64,000 nt of DNA, taken from IMG/VR virus record IMGVR_UViG_3300050156_000143, positions 32,001 through 96,000 of that record. One strand, 5' to 3'. A model generated the notes under the pieces. The model saw nothing but the letters and a program-made list of their open reading frames with translations, had not been told where the DNA came from and ran no database searches. Of this stretch, positions 8,242 to 17,692 are shown one piece after another (within the stretch, counting starts at the first letter, position 1; each line of letters begins with the position of its first letter). The position numbers and the translations under genes were made by a program. The DNA is from a virus. Lineage: Duplodnaviria; Caudoviricetes.

Positions 8242-8883
8242 TTACTCCTTGAAAAAAGTTGCGGGATTGAGTGTTTGATTGTGTTTCTTGGCACATATTG
8301 TTGCCACAGATGGGCTTGCATATTTCCCATTCGCCAGCACATAGCCATGTTCGTAAGCGACAAGCGCTGGGAGTCCCCATGCTTCCACTTTGGCCATGAT
8401 GTCAGCATGCGTGTGGGGGCAAGGCAGCGCAATAAACCGTTTGTTGCCATCGCTCATACGTTTTACCGCTGCTGAGACCACGGGCGAATAGTCTAGATGC
8501 AAATCATTGCCAGATGAAACATCTTCTGACCAGGAGGCCGTTTCGTCTTCCAGTTCCATGTGCTCTAGAACATACTTTCGCAGACGGTCTAACACTGCGC
8601 AGTCTAACACTGTTATATGCTCACATGAGTTTGGGGATGTGCGATTCCCCATCAACACGGGATTGCCTTCAAACACATACATACCGATCCCATAATGTGT
8701 TCCATTTCTGAATTTTGGTGTGGTCACCCAAAACTTCTTCAGTTTTTGTTCGAGTTCTACTCGCAGCAATTTGCAATGATTGGGTGTGATGCCAATTGCT
8801 TGTATCACATCACCGATATCATGCACGAATGCCCTATTTGTGTGACTCATGTCCAAATGAGTAACAATGTCTTCAAGGTTCAT
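8242..8883 (-). CDS. Hypothetical protein
   Basis: 213-aa ORF in operon. Confidence 0.7.
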   Translation of the reverse strand: MNLEDIVTHLDMSHTNRAFVHDIGDVIQAIGITPNHCKLLRVELEQKLKKFWVTTPKFRNGTHYGIGMYVFEGNPVLMGNRTSPNSCEHITVLDCAVLDRLRKYVLEHMELEDETASWSEDVSSGNDLHLDYSPVVSAAVKRMSDGNKRFIALPCPHTHADIMAKVEAWGLPALVAYEHGYVLANGKYASPSVATICAKKHNQTLNPATFFKE

Positions 8884-9595
8884 AGCATTCTCCGAAAAGT
8901 GTGTGGCAACGTGTCTGACACCATGTCAGAAATTCTATTACAAAAAGTTCAGAACTGTATTCTAGTCTGATATGAATCGACAAAGTGTTGTCATTTGTAT
9001 CGAACGTTGCAGTGCAAGTGTTGTGACCACAGTATTTCGACGGACACCAAGCCCCTGCACTCACAACATCGTGCAACATCGTGCTAACACCAGTTTTAGA
9101 ACAAGTTAGCGGATGAAAGCTGACGATGACATCAGTTTCGCTCGCGATGGCGCACATTGGCTCCAACTTGTGTTGTTCGCATAATGCAACAAAGTTCGGG
9201 ACAGTTGGCTCAAACGGTGGTGCAACCTTTTTCGGCACGGTTGGTCGCATTGGATTGGCAATTTTGCCTTCAAGTTTGACAAATGTTCCACCGACCAACG
9301 TAGCTTCTCTGGTGGCAAAATTCAATAGTTCAGGCAACACCTCAGCGTGAAACCACTCTGTTTTGCCATCGTGGGGAACATCGTTGCCATCGTGGCGTTT
9401 ACTTCTGAACATCCCATGAAAAATCGATTCCACCATCATGGCATCCTTGGCGGTGGGCAGTTTCATGCTCCAGGACTCAGGGAGGTCAAAATGATCCGAA
9501 CCAATGGACGCAATTCTGGTATGCACGTTGTTGGCTTTACCGATCTTCACATACTTCCCACTTGTGTGCAACAGTGCGTAAACGTTTGAGGGCAT
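8873..9595 (-). CDS. GIY-YIG (T5orf172-like) domain protein
   Basis: VYAL..YVKIGKANNVHTRI..ESIFH..KTEWF. Confidence 0.75.
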   Translation of the reverse strand: MPSNVYALLHTSGKYVKIGKANNVHTRIASIGSDHFDLPESWSMKLPTAKDAMMVESIFHGMFRSKRHDGNDVPHDGKTEWFHAEVLPELLNFATREATLVGGTFVKLEGKIANPMRPTVPKKVAPPFEPTVPNFVALCEQHKLEPMCAIASETDVIVSFHPLTCSKTGVSTMLHDVVSAGAWCPSKYCGHNTCTATFDTNDNTLSIHIRLEYSSELFVIEFLTWCQTRCHTLFGECYEP

Positions 9596-9606
9596 TTTTG
9601 TTACAA

Positions 9607-9861
9607 CTATTCGACGATGGTTTCAGTAATGACTTCAAAATCCAGCGCCTCATTTGCGTACAAAATTGGGCGCTTTTTCATGTTTTTGCAGTGACAATCC
9701 CCCAATAAAAACACCGTTGCTTGAATCCCATTCGCCCCTTTGTTCATTGATGTGAATTCCTCAATGTAGTCAGCGGTCGTCATAGTGCGCGAAAACTTGG
9801 GGTATTTTCTGGAGCACCGGGGAATTTTCCACTTGGGGTTGACGTGGGATTTGATAGCCAC
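9607..9861 (-). CDS. Hypothetical protein
   Basis: 84-aa ORF with GAGGAG SD. Confidence 0.7.
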   Translation of the reverse strand: MAIKSHVNPKWKIPRCSRKYPKFSRTMTTADYIEEFTSMNKGANGIQATVFLLGDCHCKNMKKRPILYANEALDFEVITETIVE

Positions 9862-9863
9862 GA

Positions 9864-10040
9864 TTACTCCTCAGATTTCAGTTCATCGTTGACAATTTTA
9901 TCCAACAATCGGGCAATACGTTTGCGACAAGCTCGAACATAAGCTGCCCGGTTGCTTTTGGCAGGAGAACAGCACGCACAGTGCCATCCACCGGGGCCAA
10001 GTTTCGCGTTACGCACTTTGAGATGAAAACTTTTGTTCAT
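9864..10040 (-). CDS. 58-aa basic protein with CACC motif, missed by ORF track
   Basis: Manual translation MNKSFHLKVRNAKLGPGGWHCACCSPAKS... Confidence 0.6.
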   Translation of the reverse strand: MNKSFHLKVRNAKLGPGGWHCACCSPAKSNRAAYVRACRKRIARLLDKIVNDELKSEE

Positions 10041-10068
10041 GATGGTTTCAGTCAGGTCGATGAAATGT

Positions 10069-10099
10069 AGTGTACATCATTATGTGAAAAATCTCACAA
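10069..10099 (-). promoter_or_regulatory. Sigma70-like promoter overlapped by a TGTGA-N6-TCACA (CRP-type) site
   Basis: -10 TACACT at 10069-10074; tgtgaaaaatctcaca at 10083-10098. Confidence 0.45.
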
Positions 10100-10114
10100 T
10101 CCTGACCAAAACAG

Positions 10115-10465
10115 TCAGCTAAGGTAGATTTCAGGATGGAGCTTACCGTAGAGCTTGACGTATTTCCCGGCCATCATGTCGGCCAGCGCTTCGATTGCAC
10201 TGCCCGGATACGATTTTGATGCCGTTACCATCCCAAGATGTGATTGTCGGTAGTGAACAAGTTCGTGGAAAATGGTGCGGTAAACGTCAGCGGTCAATCT
10301 GCCAGCAATTTGCACATGAATGATGCGGTCAGTGATTGAAAATGACCCCGTTTTTGCACCGATGTTATTTCGAGTGAGAATGATTTTTGGCGCAGGGTTC
10401 TTGATGTTGAGCAGTTTAATCGCCCAATTCACGAAATCCACCACGTCGAATTCGTGTGCCCTCAC
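10115..10465 (-). CDS. Zincin-motif protein, probable virion internal protein
   Basis: FHELVHYRQ (HExxH), EALAD; N-terminus MRAHEF. Confidence 0.7.
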   Translation of the reverse strand: MRAHEFDVVDFVNWAIKLLNIKNPAPKIILTRNNIGAKTGSFSITDRIIHVQIAGRLTADVYRTIFHELVHYRQSHLGMVTASKSYPGSAIEALADMMAGKYVKLYGKLHPEIYLS

Positions 10466-10905
10466 GCCCGCGCTTTCAAAATACTACGAAGTTGCCATAC
10501 ATGCTTGCCATGTGCAGCTAATCGTTCTGCCAAAAAGTTTGCAACACCTTGATGATTCTCGTTCGTTGCCAGTGTAAACGCATCGTTCAGCAATGTGATG
10601 ATCGCGGCGTGATCTTCCAGGAGTTCAGTCATCATAATGGACGCTTTTGGGATGTTTGGTTGCTCTGGCACCACAGAGAGTGATATAAATCGTGTCAACG
10701 ACCCTGGGGCGTAAGAATCTAGTACCCGAATAAACTCAGCAGTTCTGTCAACCGCATTGTCATATATTTCTTCGGCCATATTGCCGAAAAACTCGTGATA
10801 TTGTGGGAAATTATCACACTCCACATTCCAGTGAAAATTGAGGCATTTTGTATGTAACACGAAACTACTACCCAATACAGCTTTCAACTGATCGATTAAC
10901 ATCAT
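10462..10905 (-). CDS. dps: Dps/ferritin-like protein
   Basis: FHWNV..F..YHEFF, DRTAEFIR, H.KHVWQLRS. Confidence 0.9.
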   Translation of the reverse strand: MMLIDQLKAVLGSSFVLHTKCLNFHWNVECDNFPQYHEFFGNMAEEIYDNAVDRTAEFIRVLDSYAPGSLTRFISLSVVPEQPNIPKASIMMTELLEDHAAIITLLNDAFTLATNENHQGVANFLAERLAAHGKHVWQLRSILKARA

Positions 10906-12095
10906 TTGTTGTCCTTTTTGAATTGTTCAAATTCTTTCATAAGTTTTTCCACATCTTTGGCTAAACTTTGTATTTCAGCATCTTGCTTTTTATCATCTTC
11001 CTCAGCGTGATGCAAACTCCGAATAACGTACTTGTCAAACGCATCCTGTGGGGAATCACTTGCATAATGTTTTCGAGCATATTTTTTTGCATCAGCGACT
11101 TCAGGATCGTCGGATTCTTTGATCCTAGGAGCAAGCATGCCCTTTTTGAATAGTTGTGTCCCGTTGGTGGCTATGTTGCCAGCCACCGTCTCGTCCAAAT
11201 CGTCGTCCCAGAAATGATCTGCCAGTTTTCTAGGGTTGTATACCATAAACGTGTGCTCTCGGTGATCGCCCATTTCCCCAATTTTCGACAAGGTTGGGAC
11301 ACGTTTGCTCAACATATTCGCAATTTTGCGATACAGCGTTACTCGCCCTGGTTCGGATTTATCAGCAGAAAACTCCACTAACCCCAGTCCTTCCACTTTG
11401 TCGCAAACATCCTTCACAATGTTCGCAACTGTGGAAAACACTTTGATCGGCTGTTTTGAGTCATTGGTTTGCTTGATAGTGTTCTTACCTTTCACCCACC
11501 GTTCAAAATCCACAGTCATACACGCAACTTTTCCGGCAAAACTCGTCTGAGAATATAGTGAACAATATACTACGTACAGTATTCCAGCATCGTCGGTGAA
11601 TTTTCCAGTATACAGCTTCGGCGACGTATGCGAAATCTCATAATCAAACGGTGAATCAGTCCATTCTCGCAATGTTTGGGCAGGTTCTTCGTAAAATCCC
11701 CACTCTGCGAGAGAATTGCCTTCAGTGAACAAGTTTTTGGCTTTTGTTTTCAGACTCAATATCTTGAATTTACCTTTCAACACTGATTCGCCATGTTGCA
11801 CTGCATAGTCTTTGGAAATTGTGACCCAATCTCCGTTGTTTATTTTGGTTATATTCTGGTCAGGTGGGACAGCACGGTAAATGGTAACAATTGCATCAGG
11901 CTTGTTCCTAACCTTGACAGCAATATTCCATGCAGCGGTTTCTTCAGGGCTGCGGTTATACCATCGTGGCTTGGTGTATACATCCCGTGGATAAATGTCG
12001 TTCGCTGTTAAATTGTATAATGGACAGTTATCCTCTGGGCCAGGTGCAGTATGATGCCCCCTGTAGTCATCTTCGTGTATCTGTGATAATTTCAT
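10902..12095 (-). CDS. Late multidomain protein with N-terminal ADP-ribosyltransferase-like domain
   Basis: IYRAVP..GDWVTISKDYA..LAEWG suggests R-S-E ART fold; TAAATA 4 nt before ATG. Confidence 0.5.
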   Translation of the reverse strand: MKLSQIHEDDYRGHHTAPGPEDNCPLYNLTANDIYPRDVYTKPRWYNRSPEETAAWNIAVKVRNKPDAIVTIYRAVPPDQNITKINNGDWVTISKDYAVQHGESVLKGKFKILSLKTKAKNLFTEGNSLAEWGFYEEPAQTLREWTDSPFDYEISHTSPKLYTGKFTDDAGILYVVYCSLYSQTSFAGKVACMTVDFERWVKGKNTIKQTNDSKQPIKVFSTVANIVKDVCDKVEGLGLVEFSADKSEPGRVTLYRKIANMLSKRVPTLSKIGEMGDHREHTFMVYNPRKLADHFWDDDLDETVAGNIATNGTQLFKKGMLAPRIKESDDPEVADAKKYARKHYASDSPQDAFDKYVIRSLHHAEEDDKKQDAEIQSLAKDVEKLMKEFEQFKKDNK

Positions 12096-12111
12096 GTTAT
12101 ATTTAACAAAA

Positions 12112-12131
12112 AAGGGAGCATATGCTCCCTT
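12112..12131. terminator. Probable terminator hairpin
   Basis: aagggagcatatgctccctt with U-tract on - strand. Confidence 0.7.
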
Positions 12132-12134
12132 GAA

Positions 12135-12884
12135 TTATTCTGCATGCAAACTTGGTGTCAACATTGTCCCGAAACTTTCAATCAACTTTTGTTGTGCATC
12201 GTCGCTAAAAGTGAACGAACCCGTGTGCTTCAATCTGACCCTAGTATCGACATACACTTTGCCCCCAAGTTGCCTGAAATTGTCACAAAATTGCCAATCT
12301 TCTGACAATAATCTCCCACCACGAACATCTGTCCCAAAATATGTTTTCATGTGTTGATCCAAATCTGGATTCATGCCGATGTCATTTTGGTAAGAATGCA
12401 CTGATTGATGTGAATTCAACTTGAAAAAAACTTCACGTTTAATGGCCATGAATCCAGTGCCAATTTTTGAAACTTCTACCAATCCATCGCCAGAATCGTG
12501 GCCATTTTCGATTCCGTTGACACACCATTTTATTGGCAAAGTTTTCATCGGGTAAAGACCACCAATCACATCGACGTTTCTATCAATGATGGCCAGCAGA
12601 TGCCAAGGTTTCCAACCAATGTCAGCATCAATAAAGACCAAGTGTGTTCTTTCGGGATTGGCTAGGAAATTGGCAGTCATCGTGTTCCTAGCACGGTTGA
12701 TCAGCGATTCGTTGGTTAAAGTTTCGATTGTCCATTTAATACCAAGCTCGTTGGCGGTATTGGCCCATTCAATGAAACTCATGAATGCAGACTCAGTTAA
12801 CATTCCGCCATAACAGGGCATGGCTATGTGTAAATGAAGTGTGCGAAGATAGTCTAGATTAACTTGGATTTGCGTCATCAGCAA
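12135..12884 (-). CDS. GT-A type glycosyltransferase-like protein
   Basis: IAMPCYGG, LVFIDADIGW (DxD), IGTGFMAIKREVF, LSEDWQFC. Confidence 0.75.
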   Translation of the reverse strand: MLMTQIQVNLDYLRTLHLHIAMPCYGGMLTESAFMSFIEWANTANELGIKWTIETLTNESLINRARNTMTANFLANPERTHLVFIDADIGWKPWHLLAIIDRNVDVIGGLYPMKTLPIKWCVNGIENGHDSGDGLVEVSKIGTGFMAIKREVFFKLNSHQSVHSYQNDIGMNPDLDQHMKTYFGTDVRGGRLLSEDWQFCDNFRQLGGKVYVDTRVRLKHTGSFTFSDDAQQKLIESFGTMLTPSLHAE

Positions 12885-12885
12885 A

Positions 12886-13485
12886 TTATAACATGCGTTT
12901 TAATCTGATGATTGCTTCTGTTAGCTGCAACTGTGTGTCAAAAATTGGTTTCAAAGTGGGGGCATATTTTCCGTACAATGAACGCAATATGGTCATTTTG
13001 TTTGGCGACCTTGCATACAATTTGCGCACCATTCTGGCATCTTTGATTGTGTGCCCATCAACCGTGAATCTGCCCACTTCCAACGTTTTGACGTAAGCAT
13101 GTTCCAACACCGTTTCCCCAAACCCCTCCCAGGGTTGCATGTACGATTCGTCAGTAAAAGAAAATCGTGGGGAATCACCTCGCATATCTTTTTCTGAAAT
13201 ACCAAACACCAACACGGTGGATTCAGGATGTGCGAAAAGTGACGTATATTGTTTTGCCGAATAAGGTCTCTTCACGACCAAAATGTTTTTGCGTGGAATA
13301 CCAGCAGCCACCGCCATTTTGATTCTATCTTTTGAGGAAAATGGACTGTCAGGTAATTCTTGCTTTGAACTGATTGCAACAAACGAATGTTCGATACCAA
13401 ATTCGTTCACCAATTGCCAGAAAGCATGGGCATGCCCTTTGTGAAACGGGTGAAATCTACCTGGCATTATGGCGATGGTTGGCAT
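12886..13485 (-). CDS. Cytidylyltransferase-like (HxGH) nucleotidyltransferase
   Basis: PGRFHPFHKGH; SPFSSKDR. Confidence 0.8.
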   Translation of the reverse strand: MPTIAIMPGRFHPFHKGHAHAFWQLVNEFGIEHSFVAISSKQELPDSPFSSKDRIKMAVAAGIPRKNILVVKRPYSAKQYTSLFAHPESTVLVFGISEKDMRGDSPRFSFTDESYMQPWEGFGETVLEHAYVKTLEVGRFTVDGHTIKDARMVRKLYARSPNKMTILRSLYGKYAPTLKPIFDTQLQLTEAIIRLKRML

Positions 13486-13486
13486 A

Positions 13487-13822
13487 TTAGTAACTAAGAC
13501 TCACAAAATTGATAGTCCCGGCAGTAAATCCGGTCAATTTGGCCCGTATCAACACGAAATTGCCAATGACGTTCAAATAAGACGCCGCAGTGCCCGTCAA
13601 CGTGATGGAGTCAATTTGGCACCAATCGGCTTCAGACGGGGCATCCGCTAGGGTGCCTTCAATTGTGAGTGAACCAACTGCATTGGTGGCACTGTACGAC
13701 ACGGTTTGTCTATCTTTGCCAGCAAAGGTGTATCCAGCCGCTGGTTTGGCAATTCCGGTAACCGTTGGCCCAGCGGATGCCACAGTTTGTGCCAGCAATT
13801 GAACAGTTTGAATCTGTGACAT
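13487..13822 (-). CDS. Hypothetical beta-rich late protein
   Basis: 111-aa ORF in late operon. Confidence 0.7.
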   Translation of the reverse strand: MSQIQTVQLLAQTVASAGPTVTGIAKPAAGYTFAGKDRQTVSYSATNAVGSLTIEGTLADAPSEADWCQIDSITLTGTAASYLNVIGNFVLIRAKLTGFTAGTINFVSLSY

Positions 13823-13983
13823 TACAGCCGCCCAACTTCTACCACAAAATCTGGAACAAGTTCTTGGACAACGTTTTGCACATCTGCAATCAAATCACCA
13901 CTCACATCGAAATTGATGTCATCGTTGTCGTGAATCAGTTTCTGAAACTTTACTTGAATAGTGGTTGTAACGATTGTTGCCAT
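13822..13983 (-). CDS. 53-aa late protein missed by ORF track
   Basis: MATIVTTTIQVKFQKLIHDNDD..; TAAATA 4 nt before ATG; stop overlaps next start. Confidence 0.65.
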   Translation of the reverse strand: MATIVTTTIQVKFQKLIHDNDDINFDVSGDLIADVQNVVQELVPDFVVEVGRL

Positions 13984-13990
13984 GTTGTAT

Positions 13991-14431
13991 TTATGGTGCA
14001 GTCAAAATGTCTCTAACTTGCATCAACAGTTTCCCCAACATGTTCGCACCTGATCCGTTTCCACCGTCACCCCAGTATTTGTCATTGGTGGTGTGCTCGC
14101 ACAATATACTGTCTCCGGTCGAAATCAATAATAACCTGAGCTTCTCATGTTGCGTGAATTTTGCAAGAAGCACTTTTAATATAACGTCGTTTTTGACCTG
14201 TTCCCAATCTTCTCTAAGTTGAACATCGGGATCGCGCCCATAAGTCGCTGCGAGTTTTGGAGTACCAGCTTTCCTTATTTTTTCTTGATACGTGGGGTCG
14301 ATGAACTTTTGCGATTGATAATAATGCTCCGAAGTTGGCCACAACTTGTTATCCAATCTGATCGGATACCTGACAAAATTAGAAAATGCACCGTAAGTCG
14401 AAGTGGTGGAATAAAAGTTGATCGTTTTCAT
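13991..14431 (-). CDS. NADAR (YbiA-like) family protein
   Basis: FSNF, PTSEHYYQSQKF, KFTQH, DKYWGDGGNGSGANMLGKLLMQVR. Confidence 0.93.
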   Translation of the reverse strand: MKTINFYSTTSTYGAFSNFVRYPIRLDNKLWPTSEHYYQSQKFIDPTYQEKIRKAGTPKLAATYGRDPDVQLREDWEQVKNDVILKVLLAKFTQHEKLRLLLISTGDSILCEHTTNDKYWGDGGNGSGANMLGKLLMQVRDILTAP

Positions 14432-14718
14432 GTAAACAATAGTGTAAACGCCGTTCTTAGGTCAGGGTCTGGGATATACACGTAGAACACGTTAGTGGGT
14501 AACCAGCTAGTTACCGATGAAAATCGATATGGTATACCCACTGTTTGATGCCATATGGCTTGTTCTGGGTATTGCCCAGGGCGTTCATCATGTAAAACCA
14601 ATACACATTGAGGTTTGGGGACAATAAGCGGGTTCAACTTGGAGAAGTCAAAGTTTCCATCCGATGACATCCCTATCCGTTCTGAAACCTCAACCAAGTC
14701 TTGAACTTCAATCGGCAT
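14428..14718 (-). CDS. Family A-like small protein
   Basis: Ends VYIPDPDLRTAFTLLFT; start ATG lies inside the TAT-GCC of the upstream family B tail. Confidence 0.65.
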   Translation of the reverse strand: MPIEVQDLVEVSERIGMSSDGNFDFSKLNPLIVPKPQCVLVLHDERPGQYPEQAIWHQTVGIPYRFSSVTSWLPTNVFYVYIPDPDLRTAFTLLFT

Positions 14719-14998
14719 AATAGTGTGAAATCTCATCTTCAAACAGCCAAAAACCCAGAGAATTTGCAATCTGAACATCAACTCGATATTGCGGGGCGGG
14801 ATATGAGACCGCAACCAAACGAACATATGGTTGTTTGCATAGCCACTCAAATTCTTTTCTGCCAGTTTTGAAATACGGATTATGTTTTTGTTGCAGATGT
14901 CTCAGGTTTCCAGGCCCGTGTACAACAACCTTATCCCCAACCTGAAATCCCCGTAGTGGGCCGATTAACTCATCATGTTCAATTATTGTGTTCCTCAT
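14708..14998 (-). CDS. Family B SH3/KOW-like paralog (usual start position reads ATA at 14986)
   Basis: DELIGPLRGFQVGDKV...WLFEDEISHYYAD. Confidence 0.75.
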   Translation of the reverse strand: MRNTIIEHDELIGPLRGFQVGDKVVVHGPGNLRHLQQKHNPYFKTGRKEFEWLCKQPYVRLVAVSYPAPQYRVDVQIANSLGFWLFEDEISHYYAD

Positions 14999-15272
14999 AT
15001 TGGTGGACGATTTCATCATCGTGAACCCATACTGTTTCAAAATAGTTCGGGTAAGTTTCGATTTCGAGCAGATACGCTGGTGAATTAACTGGGTCATAAT
15101 CCACTAGAACTATTTTTCCCTTGGAACCAGACATGGCTATTTCTGACTCGGACAATGCCCACGAGTTCAATGATGCGCGACGCTGTGCAGTATCCGATTG
15201 ATTCACTTTGAATACAATTTTGTCGCCAATTTCAAACCCACGAAGTAACGATGCCAAGGAAAGTTCGTCCAT
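14979..15272 (-). CDS. Family B SH3/KOW-like paralog
   Basis: MDELSLASLLRGFEIGDKI...WVHDDEIVHQYEEHNN. Confidence 0.85.
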   Translation of the reverse strand: MDELSLASLLRGFEIGDKIVFKVNQSDTAQRRASLNSWALSESEIAMSGSKGKIVLVDYDPVNSPAYLLEIETYPNYFETVWVHDDEIVHQYEEHNN

Positions 15273-15273
15273 A

Positions 15274-15558
15274 CTAATTCTCAAAGTGGAAATTAAGGTC
15301 TGACCCACTGAACCACGATGAATGGTTAAACTTGCTATTGGGTTCATCACAGTGCAAGGACTCGACGAACCCAAAAAACTCGGGATCAACATCTACCAAA
15401 TAACTATCATCCGCATAGTCGCAAACGATGACCACACCCGTCATCCCCGATTTTGCATATGCACGTAATTCATCATCGGACGCGGTGACAATCACTCGGT
15501 CTCCAATTTCATACGGCACATCGGATAACAACAGGTTGGCCACATCGGTTTCAATCAT
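15274..15558 (-). CDS. Family B SH3/KOW-like paralog
   Basis: MIETDVANLLLSDVPYEIGDRV...WFSGSDLNFHFEN. Confidence 0.85.
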   Translation of the reverse strand: MIETDVANLLLSDVPYEIGDRVIVTASDDELRAYAKSGMTGVVIVCDYADDSYLVDVDPEFFGFVESLHCDEPNSKFNHSSWFSGSDLNFHFEN

Positions 15559-15589
15559 TTTGTTCCTCATAGTAGTGAGTGAGTTCATC
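15518..15589. repeat. Gene-junction repeat, 69/72 identical to 18983-19054
   Basis: Manual alignment, three mismatches. Confidence 0.9.
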
Positions 15590-15832
15590 GGAATATGCCC
15601 ATACAGTTGGCAAATTCGTGCCAAGACTGATTTTGTGACACGGCTCGTCCACATCGACGGCCAAAATTATCGCTGGGGTCATCCCAAGCCCGTTCTGATT
15701 TCTAATATGCACATATAAGAAGACGATATCCTCACCAGCGTCATTTTTCTTTCGCATTTTCCCCGAATGCAATGTGACTTTATCCCCAACCTGAAATCCC
15801 CGTAGAAGGCCGATTATTTCATCTTGTTCCAT
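15551..15832 (-). CDS. Family B SH3/KOW-like paralog
   Basis: MEQDEIIGLLRGFQVGDKV...WAYSDELTHYYEEQND. Confidence 0.85.
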   Translation of the reverse strand: MEQDEIIGLLRGFQVGDKVTLHSGKMRKKNDAGEDIVFLYVHIRNQNGLGMTPAIILAVDVDEPCHKISLGTNLPTVWAYSDELTHYYEEQND

Positions 15833-16040
15833 CTGATGTGTACTCGTAGTAAGAAGTTAGAAACTCATGGACTGTCAAGTCTCCAGAACTGTACGTCACG
15901 GTTTTGACAATGTATCGCCCAATTTTGCGCCGCATGCACCAACGTAGCCACAGAAAGTGGTCTCCGACCTTGATCGGCAACCATGCAAAGTGCGCTGTGT
16001 ATTCGGTGATGGGCTTATCAATGATGTTCACTGGTAGCAC
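15819..16040 (-). CDS. Hypothetical protein
   Basis: GGAG SD then GTG; FAWLPIKVGDHFLWLRW. Confidence 0.65.
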   Translation of the reverse strand: MLPVNIIDKPITEYTAHFAWLPIKVGDHFLWLRWCMRRKIGRYIVKTVTYSSGDLTVHEFLTSYYEYTSDGTR

Positions 16041-16744
16041 AGCAGTTCTCCTATCAGTTGTTTGACTTCCACAACGTCTTCTGCACGTCTGGAAAACATG
16101 ACCGCCCACTTGGAGGGATCAACGTAATCGTACACCATTTTCACATGTTCTTGCCCAAGTTGATCTAAAAATCGAATGCCATCGTTGTAATTATACAACA
16201 ACCAGGGACTCAATTTTCCAGACACGATGGCTGAACACAACACACTCGCGTGTAGGAAAAACACTCCAGTCATGTCAACGTCATGTTCTTCGCACAAATC
16301 ACACAATGTTTCCACACTTCGTTGCACTGCATCCACGTGATTCTCATTGCGTAAAAATGTAACTAAAAATTGCGTGTAGGTTGAATCCAAGTGCCACAAA
16401 TCTAGTTTCAGATTTTCCTTGAACAAATGATCTAGGTATTTTGTTCTATTGATGACATAAGTGTTTGTGCAAAATTCCCCAAATTTTAGAAATCCATTGA
16501 ACAACTTTGATTCAGCAAATTGCTCATATGTGGTGACTTTCCCAAAAGATTGCTTGAAGTATTTTGAATATGCGTCGAACGCGATCAAACAAGGCTTCGT
16601 TGCTTTATTTTCATGCCGTTGTTTTTTGGTGCAGGTGTGCCTACTCGCGGCTGATTCTCGTTGGAATTCTTTTTTGCAATATTGACAGACAAACTTACAT
16701 GCCAGAGGAGGCTTGATGGTCGGTGATATCGTCCTGCGTGACAT
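16028..16744 (-). CDS. N-terminal zinc-finger protein
   Basis: FVCQYCKKEF..RHTC; start uncertain. Confidence 0.7.
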   Translation of the reverse strand: MSRRTISPTIKPPLACKFVCQYCKKEFQRESAASRHTCTKKQRHENKATKPCLIAFDAYSKYFKQSFGKVTTYEQFAESKLFNGFLKFGEFCTNTYVINRTKYLDHLFKENLKLDLWHLDSTYTQFLVTFLRNENHVDAVQRSVETLCDLCEEHDVDMTGVFFLHASVLCSAIVSGKLSPWLLYNYNDGIRFLDQLGQEHVKMVYDYVDPSKWAVMFSRRAEDVVEVKQLIGELLCYQ

Positions 16745-17222
16745 AAGTGCTGAGTTCATATAAATCCGACAATTTCATATTGGGGCAAACTTTTGCCAAA
16801 TAGTGACATTTATTTTGGGTGGTCACGTAGTCAGCAATGTGTGTGGCAGACGTTTCTCCAATTTTGTTGAAATATTCTTTGGCATCTTTGTGTTTAATTT
16901 TTTCCCTAAACTTGGTGTATTTTGTTGACAACTGTGGAATCCACTGATGCTTCAACATTGTTCCCAAACTGGCTGAACACAGTAACTGCCATTGTAAGGT
17001 CGGGTGACGACCAATTGTCGAACTAAACATCAAGTCGTTGATGTGATTGTATCCTCGAACCTGATACTCCTGTGTGTCCTGATTGCCTGTGACTGAACTA
17101 AGCCAGATCATCATAGTGTATGGGGCAAATTTACGTTGTTCTTCTATGGGCAATGATGCCAGGTATCCATACGATTTTGAATCGATGGCGGTCAATACTG
17201 GGAATAAATTGAAGTCACTCAT
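16695..17222 (-). CDS. Possible clamp-loader small subunit (gp62-like)
   Basis: KFAPYTMMIWLSS, HPTLQWQLL, HQWI pattern recalled from jumbo-phage gp62-like proteins. Confidence 0.4.
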   Translation of the reverse strand: MSDFNLFPVLTAIDSKSYGYLASLPIEEQRKFAPYTMMIWLSSVTGNQDTQEYQVRGYNHINDLMFSSTIGRHPTLQWQLLCSASLGTMLKHQWIPQLSTKYTKFREKIKHKDAKEYFNKIGETSATHIADYVTTQNKCHYLAKVCPNMKLSDLYELSTYVTQDDITDHQASSGM

Positions 17223-17427
17223 TAGTCGTTTTGTCGGGAAAGTGGAATTTAAGTTCTTCATCAAAGTACATATAACAGATGGCACCAACCATGACGTAAT
17301 TTGCCAGCCATGTTTTATGCACTATTTTTCCGACAAAGCCCGCATTGGTTCTCACCGTGTCTCCCACCTCGAATTCCGCGTCTGAAAGGAGCATTTGAGC
17401 CACATCGTCTTCATCATGTTCAATCAT
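17215..17427 (-). CDS. Family B SH3/KOW-like paralog (minimal)
   Basis: MIEHDEDDVAQMLLSDAEFEVGDTV..GFVGKIV..YFDEELKFHF. Confidence 0.85.
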   Translation of the reverse strand: MIEHDEDDVAQMLLSDAEFEVGDTVRTNAGFVGKIVHKTWLANYVMVGAICYMYFDEELKFHFPDKTTNE

Positions 17428-17692
17428 TTTGATCCTCATAGTAATGGGAAATTTCGTCAGAATATACCCAAACATTGGGCGAACTCGGGCTGAAGTTGAT
17501 TTTGTAACACGGTTCTTCCAAATCGACTGCCAAAATTCGCGCATGAACTAAACGTTGTCTAATGCGTAACCGGTTGAAGAGGTCATCATCCACTACGTTA
17601 TCAGTTTTTCGCATTTTCCCCGAATGCAATGTGACATTATCACCAATTTCAAACCCACGTAGAAGGCCGATTATTTCATCGTGTTCAGTCAT
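17420..17692 (-). CDS. Family B SH3/KOW-like paralog
   Basis: MTEHDEIIGLLRGFEIGDNV...WVYSDEISHYYEDQND. Confidence 0.85.
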   Translation of the reverse strand: MTEHDEIIGLLRGFEIGDNVTLHSGKMRKTDNVVDDDLFNRLRIRQRLVHARILAVDLEEPCYKINFSPSSPNVWVYSDEISHYYEDQND

